A DNA stretch of 64,000 nucleotides, taken from Candidatus Nanopelagicales bacterium. GTDB lineage: Bacteria > Actinomycetota > Actinomycetes > S36-B12. Both the position numbers and the translations under genes were made by a program. Positions 1 through 7,201 of this stretch are shown one piece after another (the first letter of the stretch is position 1; every line of letters starts with the position of its first letter). The DNA lies in contig JBIIOU010000001.1 in the NCBI GenBank assembly GCA_044336815.1, positions 1,208 through 65,207 on the forward strand. Direction: 5' to 3'. Under the pieces are notes generated by a model that saw only the letters and a list, made by a program, of their open reading frames with translations, searched no databases and was not told where the DNA came from.

Positions 1-20
1 CAGGAGGGATACGAGGTCAC

Positions 21-893
21 ATGGCCCTGACTCCCGCCCACCCGTTTGCGGCAGCGGCGTTGGCCGTTGCCTCCGGCCTAATCCTGACCGCATGCGGTGG
101 CACCGGTGCCACGTCCACAACAGTTTCCGCACCGGCGGTTGACGGGGCTGCCCTGCCTGCGCATGTACATAATCTCGCGTATAACGGCGACACCCTGCTA
201 TTCGGCACCCACGAGGGGTTGTGGGAGCAGGCACCCGGGCAGGCTCCCAAGGCCGTCTCTCAGGAAGCCTTCGACGTCATGGGATTCACCAAAAACGGTG
301 ACCGATGGCTCGCCTCAGGCCACCCCGCGGCCGGCAGCACTGCGCCAGGTGACCTCGGCCTCCTTGAGTCGACCGACGAGGGGGTGACCTGGAGCCCGGT
401 CGCACTTTCCGGGTAGGTTGACTTCCACCGACTTGTCGCTGCCGGCGACCAACTGTTCGGCATCAACTCCGCGGACAACGCCCTGCTTCGATCCGATGAT
501 GGGGGCCGCTCATGGACCTCGGCCGGTGCCGTTCCGCTGTTCGACCTCGCCGTGGCTCCGGATAACCCCGACACCTTGCTGGGGACGACAGCCGACGGGC
601 CGGTTATCAGCACCGACGCAGGAACCACGTTCGAGGCTGCGCCCGCACCTGCGCTGATCGCATTTCTTTCATTGACCCCTCGCGCGCTGGTAGGCGTCGC
701 AGCCGATGGGCAGGTACTGGAATCCACCGATCGGGGCGCCAACTGGCAAGCCAAGGGTCAGGTCGCCGGCCCTCCCGCCGCCGTGGCCGCCGACGGCAGC
801 CGGGTTGCCGTGCTGGCGGGCGGAGTTGTGTACGAGTCCACCGACAACGGGGCCACCTTCACCCAGCGGGTCACCGGGATTACCGGTCACTGA
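21..893 (+). pseudogene. BNR/Asp-box repeat beta-propeller lipoprotein (sialidase-/Ycf48-like fold) interrupted by one in-frame TAG at 414-416
   Basis: ORFs 21..416 and 552..893 are in the same frame. My hand translation across the stop is continuous and protein-like (...VTWSPVALSG*VDFHRLVAAGDQLFGINSADNALLRSDDGGRSWTSAGAVPLFDLAVAPDNPD...). There are five SxDxGxxW/F Asp-box-like motifs (STDEGVTW, SDDGGRSW, STDAGTTF, STDRGANW, STDNGATF). N-terminal lipobox LILTAC. Confidence 0.6.
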
Positions 894-956
894 CGAGGAG
901 GGCCGCCCGTCGCCCGCTTGCTTTGTGCCGTCCAGCTCCCTCTTGCCGGTAAAACG

Positions 957-1067
957 AGGTCTTCATCGAATCTTGACACAAGATTGGCGAGTCCATGGCA
1001 ATGCCACCCGCATAATAAAGGGGAAGGTGGCGCCACCAAGTTGGAGCGGACGAAGACGATAGGAGAG
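957..1067 (+). promoter_or_regulatory. Structured 5' leader of the NlpC/P60 gene; possible ydaO-class (c-di-AMP) riboswitch, unconfirmed
   Basis: A closing helix GTCTTC (959-964) / GAAGAC (1052-1057) encloses three elements: a perfect hairpin AATCTTG-aca-CAAGATT (969-985), a GGC-aat-GCC hairpin (~997-1005) and the palindrome GGTGGCGCCACC (1026-1037). AATC-hairpin-GGCGAGTCCA loosely resembles the AAUC-hairpin-GAGCGGGGGACCCA part of ydaO RNAs. The SD AGGAGAG (1061-1067) follows immediately, 7 nt before GTG 1075. Confidence 0.3.
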
Positions 1068-1074
1068 TTGCGCA

Positions 1075-2151
1075 GTGTTTCAACCCCGTCTCGGCCGTCG
1101 TTTCGTCTCCGCGGTCGCGGTGAGCATCCTGGCCTTCACCGCTGTTGCCCTCGGTTCCTCTTCGGGAATGGCAGCTCCGCAGGTCGATCTTCGGGAGGTC
1201 GAGGCGCAGGTCCGCGATCTGGAGATGCAGGCGGGCGCAGCACATGAGGAGGCTTCGCGGGCAGCTGATCGGCTGAGCGCCGTTCGGCAAAAGTTGGATT
1301 CGGTGCAGGGGCGACTCCTGAGCCAACGTAAGGAGTTGAATCAGACTCAGGCCGTGCTGGAAGATCTCGCGCGCTCCTTATATGCATCGGGCGGGATCGA
1401 CCCAGCCCTCGGGTTGTTACTGGCCGAGGATCCCGTTGAGTTCCTTGCGCAGGCCTCGGTGATGGGCCAGGTGGCTTCGAGCCAGGCCGGGCTGATCCGG
1501 CAGGCACAAACGGGACGGCTACGCCTTGCCCAGACGGAAGCCGAAGCAGCCGACCAGGAGGCGCAGGCCAAGGAACTTGAGGCTGAAATGAGCGCAGCCG
1601 AGGCGCGCGTCACCGAACGACTCGGGCAGGCGCAGTCCGTTCTGGGCAACCTCCGAGCGGAGGAGAGGCAACGGCTCGCCCGATTGCAGGCCGAGCGTCT
1701 AGAGCAGCAACGAGAGGAAGCAAGCCAAGCCGCCGGGACCTTCACCTCAGGTTCGGCCACTTCGGGCGGCGGCTATAGCGTTTCATCGCGCGCTCAGGCC
1801 GCAGTCAAGTACGCGCTGGCGCAAGTCGGTGAGCCGTACTCCTTTAGCGCCCGTCCGCCGAACTCGTGGGACTGCTCGAAACTAACCGCGGCCGCTTGGG
1901 CACAGTCTGGTGTTGGGCTAACCGCCCTGAGCTACACGCAGTGGGACCAGACGAAACGCGTACCCGTGTCGGAGATTCAGCCCGGGGACCTGGTCTTCTA
2001 CTTCGGCAGTGATGTCCATCATGTGGCGATCTACATAGGCAACGGCAAGATGGTGAGCGCCTCCAACCCCTCAGATGGCGTCGAGATCACCAACTTCCTC
2101 GGCCCCTGGTATGGGGAGCGATTCTCCGGCGTGGGCCGCGTTATCGGCTGA
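1075..2151 (+). CDS. Secreted NlpC/P60 (C40) peptidoglycan endopeptidase with long N-terminal coiled-coil (RipA-like architecture)
   Basis: Signal peptide. Gln/Glu/Ala/Arg-rich coiled-coil region. C-terminal NlpC/P60 core with catalytic Cys in SWDCSKLT and His in VHHVAIYIGNGKMV. GTG start with SD. Confidence 0.9.
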   Translation: MFQPRLGRRFVSAVAVSILAFTAVALGSSSGMAAPQVDLREVEAQVRDLEMQAGAAHEEASRAADRLSAVRQKLDSVQGRLLSQRKELNQTQAVLEDLARSLYASGGIDPALGLLLAEDPVEFLAQASVMGQVASSQAGLIRQAQTGRLRLAQTEAEAADQEAQAKELEAEMSAAEARVTERLGQAQSVLGNLRAEERQRLARLQAERLEQQREEASQAAGTFTSGSATSGGGYSVSSRAQAAVKYALAQVGEPYSFSARPPNSWDCSKLTAAAWAQSGVGLTALSYTQWDQTKRVPVSEIQPGDLVFYFGSDVHHVAIYIGNGKMVSASNPSDGVEITNFLGPWYGERFSGVGRVIG

Positions 2152-2197
2152 TGATCGCCCGCGGTGTCTCGAGCTTGCAGGACACCTCAGGGATGAT

Positions 2198-3145
2198 GTG
2201 ACGGTGATATTTCGCTGGCGGCTCTTGGTCTCTGTAGGGCTAGTAGGTCTACTTATTGCGAGTGCACCTGTAGCAGTATTTGCGAGCACCCCTGCCGGCT
2301 GGCAAGACGTGCGCCTTGAGACTCGTACCGTAAGTGCCGCTGGCACCACATTTGCCTGGGCCGAGTTAGGTACTGGGCCGACACTTCTGCTGCTGAACGG
2401 CACCGGATCACCGATGTCAGAGTGGGATCCGAAACTACTGGCTGCGTTGGCGAAGAACCGTCGGGTGATCGTGTTTGACTATCCGGGCTTGGGGCTTTCG
2501 GGCCCGGCACCGTCGAAGTGGGAGTTTTCGGCCGCCGCCGATTGGGTAAATGATTTCCTGGCGAAGGTCTCACCGGGGGAACCTGTTGATGTACTCGGGT
2601 GGTCGATGGGCGGTTTTGTTGCACAGCAACTAGCCGTCCGCCACGCCACTTCAATTAGGAGTTTGGTGCTCGCGGCAACAAATCCCGGCGGTGATTCAGC
2701 GGTGCTCGGGCCCCTTTGGGTTCAGGAGGCTGATAGTAATTCTGAAGGCAGTATTAAGTCGTATTTGGAAACTAATTACCCAGCCACCAAAGTTGCTCAA
2801 TCGCGTGGCCGCGCATTTGTTAGCCGACTCGTTTCCGCAAATGAAGATGGCTCGTACCCGGATGTGTCCGTGCCGACTAGAACCTACAACGCGATGGTGG
2901 CGGCCGAGGATCCTTGGCTTCAGAGCAACGCAAATGCGAACTCTTTGCGGGCGATAAGAATTCGAACATTAGTTATCACCGGGGCTAAAGATGTCATTAC
3001 CCCGCCGGCCAATAGTCGTTATATAGCAGGGGCGATGCCCAATGCGAAATTGATTTTGATTCCAAGAGCCGGGCACTCGTTCCTTTTTCAAGAACCTAAT
3101 GCAGTGGCGTCGTCAGTTGCCAAGTTCTTGGATTCAGAATCTTGA
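2198..3145 (+). CDS. Alpha/beta-fold hydrolase with N-terminal membrane anchor/signal
   Basis: GWSMGG nucleophile elbow and C-terminal GHSF histidine region. Hydrophobic N-terminus LLVSVGLVGLLIASAPVAVFA. The ORF-track start 2075 overlaps the upstream gene, so I prefer GTG 2198 (or 2204) after AGGGA. The start is uncertain. Confidence 0.8.
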   Translation: MTVIFRWRLLVSVGLVGLLIASAPVAVFASTPAGWQDVRLETRTVSAAGTTFAWAELGTGPTLLLLNGTGSPMSEWDPKLLAALAKNRRVIVFDYPGLGLSGPAPSKWEFSAAADWVNDFLAKVSPGEPVDVLGWSMGGFVAQQLAVRHATSIRSLVLAATNPGGDSAVLGPLWVQEADSNSEGSIKSYLETNYPATKVAQSRGRAFVSRLVSANEDGSYPDVSVPTRTYNAMVAAEDPWLQSNANANSLRAIRIRTLVITGAKDVITPPANSRYIAGAMPNAKLILIPRAGHSFLFQEPNAVASSVAKFLDSES

Positions 3146-4032
3146 GCTGCCGAATCTGGGCGACGGCGCACCAGCGCGACGCCAATCGTGGCTAGCGCAA
3201 ACCCGGCAAGTGATAGCGGTAGTAGTTGCTCACTAAAAAGTAGGTAGGCCTCGATCAAAGTCACCGGCGGTACTAAGTAATACAAACTAGATACACCGGT
3301 TGCGGTGCCAACGCGAAGCAGCCAAAACATCAGTAACACCGCGCCAATGGACAGCGCGAAGACCAGCCAGGCCAATGCTCCGAAGAAAGTTGGTGTCCAA
3401 TCAATAACGATGTCCTCGGTGAAGAAGGCGAGCACCGCCAACAAGGTGCCCGCGGCCGCGTACTGCACTGCTGTCCCAGGCAACATGGGAATACTGGCCC
3501 CGTACCGTTTTTGCAACACTGTTGCAGCCGAAGAGGAAATTAGTGCGATAAGTGCGGCGAGCACCGCGAGCGGTGGGTAATCTTCCGGGCTGCCTTGATG
3601 CATCAAGCCGGGAGTTAAAACGATAATCGCTCCGAGTAAACCCAAGGCGATCCCGATCCATTGACGTTGCACTAAATGTTCACCGAGAGCTGGTCCCGCA
3701 AAAACCGCAACCAGTACTGGTTGCAGGCAAACCACTAACGCGGTAACACTGAGCGGTAATCCCATGCCGATGGCGACAAAGACGCCTCCGAGATAACCGG
3801 CATGCAGTAGCACCCCGATCACGGCCGAGCGCCGATAATCGATAGCTTTGCTCGGCCAAGTGGAGCGCAGGAGCGCGGTCAGTAATGCGAGAACAACAGC
3901 GGCGATAGCCAGCCGGATGGCAAGTAGTGCAAATGGTGGTGCGTACGGTAGCCCGTAACGGGCTCCCACGAAGCCGGTGCTCCAAATCAACACGAAGACC
4001 GCTGGCGCAGCAAGAGCCAGCAAGCGTTTCAT
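3088..4032 (-). CDS. EamA/DMT-superfamily transporter
   Basis: About 10 hydrophobic helices in two EamA-like halves. The 3' tail overlaps the convergent hydrolase gene by 58 nt. Confidence 0.85.
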   Translation of the reverse strand: MKRLLALAAPAVFVLIWSTGFVGARYGLPYAPPFALLAIRLAIAAVVLALLTALLRSTWPSKAIDYRRSAVIGVLLHAGYLGGVFVAIGMGLPLSVTALVVCLQPVLVAVFAGPALGEHLVQRQWIGIALGLLGAIIVLTPGLMHQGSPEDYPPLAVLAALIALISSSAATVLQKRYGASIPMLPGTAVQYAAAGTLLAVLAFFTEDIVIDWTPTFFGALAWLVFALSIGAVLLMFWLLRVGTATGVSSLYYLVPPVTLIEAYLLFSEQLLPLSLAGFALATIGVALVRRRPDSAAQDSESKNLATDDATALGS

Positions 4033-4153
4033 AGCCTCAGGCTAGCGGCCCGCGTTAGTCTAAAGTTGGTAGCGTCACGCATCCTTCAGCTCGAGCGTGC
4101 GCGTTGTTAGGGGGACGATGCTCAGGATGGTGAATTGGAACCTGGCTAGCGCG

Positions 4154-4702
4154 ATGCGCACAAGTACTCGCGCGTCAGCGATCGCGACGCTTATATTACT
4201 GGCACTAATGCTTACTGCCTGCGGTCGCGAGGTAAGTGGACAACAAGCTCGTGACAACGAAATGGGCTTGTTAATACTTGCTGATGCAGATCGCGCGCCG
4301 GTGCCGGCGATAACCGGTGAGGCACTTAGCGGCGGCAAAATTGGGATTTCCGAATTTGGTGGCAAAGTAGTTGTGCTGAACGCCTTCGCATCCTGGTGCA
4401 CGCCATGTCAGCAGGAGTTGCCGGTTTTAGCTGCCGCTGAAAAACAATATCCGAATGTGCAATTTCTGGGCCTTGATGTTCAAGACAATGACGAGGCCGC
4501 GCTCGGGTTCCTCGCTGCCGAAGGCGCCACCTATCCGGTGATCAAGGACCCGGCCGGCGACCTGCTAGCTCAGTTCACCATCAACCCGGCCAAGGGCCTA
4601 CCGGTCACGTTTTTCATTGATGAACAAGGAAGGGTGGCTGGGAGAATACTTGGCAAAGTAACTACTGAAAGCTTGGCCGCCGCCATAAAATCCCTCACGT
4701 AA
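4154..4702 (+). CDS. TlpA/ResA-like thiol:disulfide oxidoreductase lipoprotein
   Basis: Thioredoxin-fold motif FASWCTPCQQELP. ATG 4154 gives a canonical lipoprotein signal MRTSTRASAIATLILLALMLTAC. The ORF extends upstream to GTG 4097. Confidence 0.85.
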   Translation: MRTSTRASAIATLILLALMLTACGREVSGQQARDNEMGLLILADADRAPVPAITGEALSGGKIGISEFGGKVVVLNAFASWCTPCQQELPVLAAAEKQYPNVQFLGLDVQDNDEAALGFLAAEGATYPVIKDPAGDLLAQFTINPAKGLPVTFFIDEQGRVAGRILGKVTTESLAAAIKSLT

Positions 4703-4774
4703 TGCAGTAGCTGGCACGACACTTATACTACCTAATTCGCGACACTAAGTTGCGTCAGATGAATGGAGTCAAAC

Positions 4775-5026
4775 ATGGCTGACGAGATTATTGAAATTGG
4801 CGAGGACGTTGAAGTAGACATTGTTCTGGACGAATCGGGTATGCCAATCGGAGCGATTGTTGATGATCTGATCGTCGCGACTGGCGCCGGGGGCACGGTT
4901 GTCGACGAGACAATTGATGTTCTAGACGCTGACGGCAACCTAGTGCTCGAAGACGAAATTGTTTCGGTCTTTGATGCTGACGGTAATTTAGTCGCCGTTG
5001 AAGAGACTATTACCACTATCGACTAA
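4775..5026 (+). CDS. Hyper-acidic small protein of unknown function (83 aa; 24 D/E, no K/R/H)
   Basis: GGAG lies 6 nt upstream of ATG 4775 (ORF-track start ATG 4763). Composition is restricted to D,E,I,V,L,A,G,T,S,N,M,P,F. Internal duplication DADGNLV x2. I recognise no homolog. Confidence 0.55.
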   Translation: MADEIIEIGEDVEVDIVLDESGMPIGAIVDDLIVATGAGGTVVDETIDVLDADGNLVLEDEIVSVFDADGNLVAVEETITTID

Positions 5027-5225
5027 AGCTGCGAAGCCAGTAGTTTGGCGCCATGCCCATAGATAGTGACCCACTAATAAGTGGTGAGCGTTCAAAGATC
5101 CTGGACGAGATGGGTTATGGCGGCCAACTACTATTGTGTGAGCGGTATTAGCCGGTTACGGCAAAGGCGTTATCTTTGATGGAGGTGGTACCGCGAGGTG
5201 CTAGCCATCCGAGACTGGCGGAGCA

Positions 5226-6089
5226 GTGATGCACAGGTTTGATTGCAACGCGCTCGTGAGTCCGATCGCACTCGCCATGGCGATAACGCTCGCCAGCCTC
5301 GGTGCGCAGCCCGCCCAAGCCGACTCGCGTAAACCCGCTGACATGGTGCTAAATTCCTTGCCGGTTTCGGTTGAAATGGCATCGGGCTATTCACGCTCAC
5401 TATTTCGACATTGGACTGATGGTGACGGCAACGGTTGCGATGCCCGCAAGGATGTATTAATTGAAGAAGCTACAGCTGGTCGAGTAGTAGGTTGCACCGT
5501 GGTGGGTGGTGTGTGGCAGTCCGTTTATGACGGCGTTAGCACCTCAAACTCGAGCACTTTCGATGTTGACCATCGGATACCACTTAAAGAGGCTTGGGAT
5601 TCTGGTGCTTGGCGGTGGTCTGCATCGACTCGTGAGGCATTTGCGAATGATCTGGGATTCGCGGATTCACTCATCGCGGTGAGTGCTTCATCCAATAGGT
5701 CAAAGTCCGATCGTGATCCGGCCGAATGGTTACCGAAATACGAGGTATGCACTTATGCAAAAACCTGGATTGCGGTTAAGTACCGGTGGCGGCTCGCGGT
5801 CGATACCACCGAGAAGTCAGCGCTGCAGCGAATTATCGGATCATGCCCAGGGCTCATGCTGGTACCTGACCTAGCGAGTATCAATACAGATCCGAGTGCC
5901 GCCCGCCCGAACTCGTCAGCGCCAGCCCCGACGGAGCCGATGGCTCCCACTGGTGGCGCAACCGACCCGCGCTTTCGCACCTGCGGTGAAGCGATCGCAG
6001 CTCGATACGGACCCTACCTAGTTGGCCGCGACGAGGAATACTCCTGGTACATCGATCGTGACAAAGACGGAGTCGTCTGCGAACGCTAG
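5226..6089 (+). CDS. Secreted DUF1524 (GmrSD C-terminal, HNH-like) nuclease fused to a C-terminal Excalibur calcium-binding domain
   Basis: Signal peptide ending AQPAQA. DUF1524-type motifs DVDHRIPLKEAW and LIAVSASSNRSKSDRDPAEWLP. C-terminal CGEA...YIDRDKDGVVCE matches the Excalibur DxDxDGxxCE signature. Confidence 0.8.
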   Translation: MMHRFDCNALVSPIALAMAITLASLGAQPAQADSRKPADMVLNSLPVSVEMASGYSRSLFRHWTDGDGNGCDARKDVLIEEATAGRVVGCTVVGGVWQSVYDGVSTSNSSTFDVDHRIPLKEAWDSGAWRWSASTREAFANDLGFADSLIAVSASSNRSKSDRDPAEWLPKYEVCTYAKTWIAVKYRWRLAVDTTEKSALQRIIGSCPGLMLVPDLASINTDPSAARPNSSAPAPTEPMAPTGGATDPRFRTCGEAIAARYGPYLVGRDEEYSWYIDRDKDGVVCER

Positions 6090-6379
6090 CCCTCGTCGGG
6101 GCGCAGTTTGCGAAGTGACATCACCAAGGCCACAATCCAGCCGACAAGTGTCCAACCAAGTAGTAAATCGACCAAGCCAACACTGACGTGGGTGCGGAGA
6201 TTTCGAACCGCAGCAATGGCCCACGGCAACATGTAGCCAGCGGTGAGGATTGCTAGCACTACCGAAAGTACTTTCGTAAAGGTACTTGTTTGGTAGCGAT
6301 CGCTCACCTCGATATAGATACGTTGCTCGGAGGATGACGAATCCGAGGAGCCCGGCGGTGGCATCATTGAGTCGCTCAT
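6086..6379 (-). CDS. Superinfection-immunity (Imm_superinfect-like) family small membrane protein
   Basis: Two TM segments carrying the family-typical pattern LPWAIAAVRN...LLLGWTLVGWIVALVMS. Its stop codon shares the tetranucleotide CTAG (6086-6089) with the nuclease gene. Confidence 0.7.
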   Translation of the reverse strand: MSDSMMPPPGSSDSSSSEQRIYIEVSDRYQTSTFTKVLSVVLAILTAGYMLPWAIAAVRNLRTHVSVGLVDLLLGWTLVGWIVALVMSLRKLRPDEG

Positions 6380-6474
6380 ATGGAAAACATTAGCTTGTAC
6401 TGACGAGACTCGCCGCCCGGGTCGAGTGATCCGGCGATTCGCTCAAAGAATTTATCGGCTTCTCCGCAGCCCGC

Positions 6475-7161
6475 TTAGTAAATGTAGACGCGGGTGCCGC
6501 GCCCTGCTCTCTTGAACAGCCACTTGGCCTTATTTAGGTCGCGCAAATTGACGCAGCCATGCGAGCCGCCGAGATATCCATCGGAATGGAAATACGGGGA
6601 GTAGTGGACGGCTTGATCCCCGTCATAAAATAGCGCAAACGGCATCGGGGTTTGATAACGCGAAGATACGTGATCGCGGCTCTGCCAATAGACCCGGTAG
6701 GAACCAGGTGAAGTTCTTTGGCCCGAGACACCAAACCTTGCGTCGGCACTCATCTGTACCTTGCCGTCGACGACATAGCGAACTAGCTTTTGCTCAAGTG
6801 AGATGCAAATAGTGGTAACCTCGGCGCAAGCGATTGGTAGTTCACCGCGCGGCTCGCTGAGTATTCGGAGCTTAATCCAAGTTGCGCCATCGACTACCCC
6901 GGTTGGGTTGATGAAGAACTTGGTTTGGAACTCCTTCACATTGCCAGTCGTGCTGGTGCCGAAAAATGATGCGCCATATTCACCTTTGTCAATGGGGTAA
7001 CCAAGCCATCCGAGGCGGTCCTGCAGCAAGGTGATCATCGGTCCCGTTTGCTGCTCACTTAGTGGAAGCGCGCCCGCGGTCGAGTCGGCTGCGCTTGCGG
7101 GAGCGGGGAGGACAATCGCGAGTACTAGCCCGGTTAATAGCAATACGCCGAACTTATGCAC
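6475..7161 (-). CDS. L,D-transpeptidase (peptidoglycan-binding domain + YkuD catalytic domain)
   Basis: Signal peptide. PG_binding_1-like LQDRLGWLGY. Catalytic SHGCVNL motif. Confidence 0.9.
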   Translation of the reverse strand: MHKFGVLLLTGLVLAIVLPAPASAADSTAGALPLSEQQTGPMITLLQDRLGWLGYPIDKGEYGASFFGTSTTGNVKEFQTKFFINPTGVVDGATWIKLRILSEPRGELPIACAEVTTICISLEQKLVRYVVDGKVQMSADARFGVSGQRTSPGSYRVYWQSRDHVSSRYQTPMPFALFYDGDQAVHYSPYFHSDGYLGGSHGCVNLRDLNKAKWLFKRAGRGTRVYIY

Positions 7162-7201
7162 GAGACAACGTTACGGGGTGGGGATCTGGCAGGATCAAGG
7201 C

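Noticed and set aside
414-416. The in-frame TAG as evidence of recoding (pyrrolysine, suppressor, alternative code).
   Set aside because: TAG is used as the ordinary terminal stop of several well-delimited genes here (e.g. 6087-6089, 8696-8698, 10271-10273, 41035-41037). No pyl genes are seen. A nonsense mutation or a base-call error is more parsimonious.
973-1015. A sigma-70-type promoter for the NlpC/P60 gene: TTGACA at 973-978 and CATAAT at about 1010-1015.
   Set aside because: The spacing between the two hexamers is about 31 bp, far from the 16-19 bp optimum. TTGACA also lies inside the 969-985 hairpin. I cannot support a promoter call without TSS data.
7031-7201. N-terminal extensions offered by the ORF track: ALDH from 7031, acyl-CoA dehydrogenase to 16679, unknown protein to 10545, hydrolase from 2075, glgA to 18627, ssd from 61465, carD from 41610.
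   Set aside because: The extensions overlap neighbouring well-supported genes or add non-homologous low-complexity residues. Internal ATG/GTG starts reproduce the canonical N-termini of the families.
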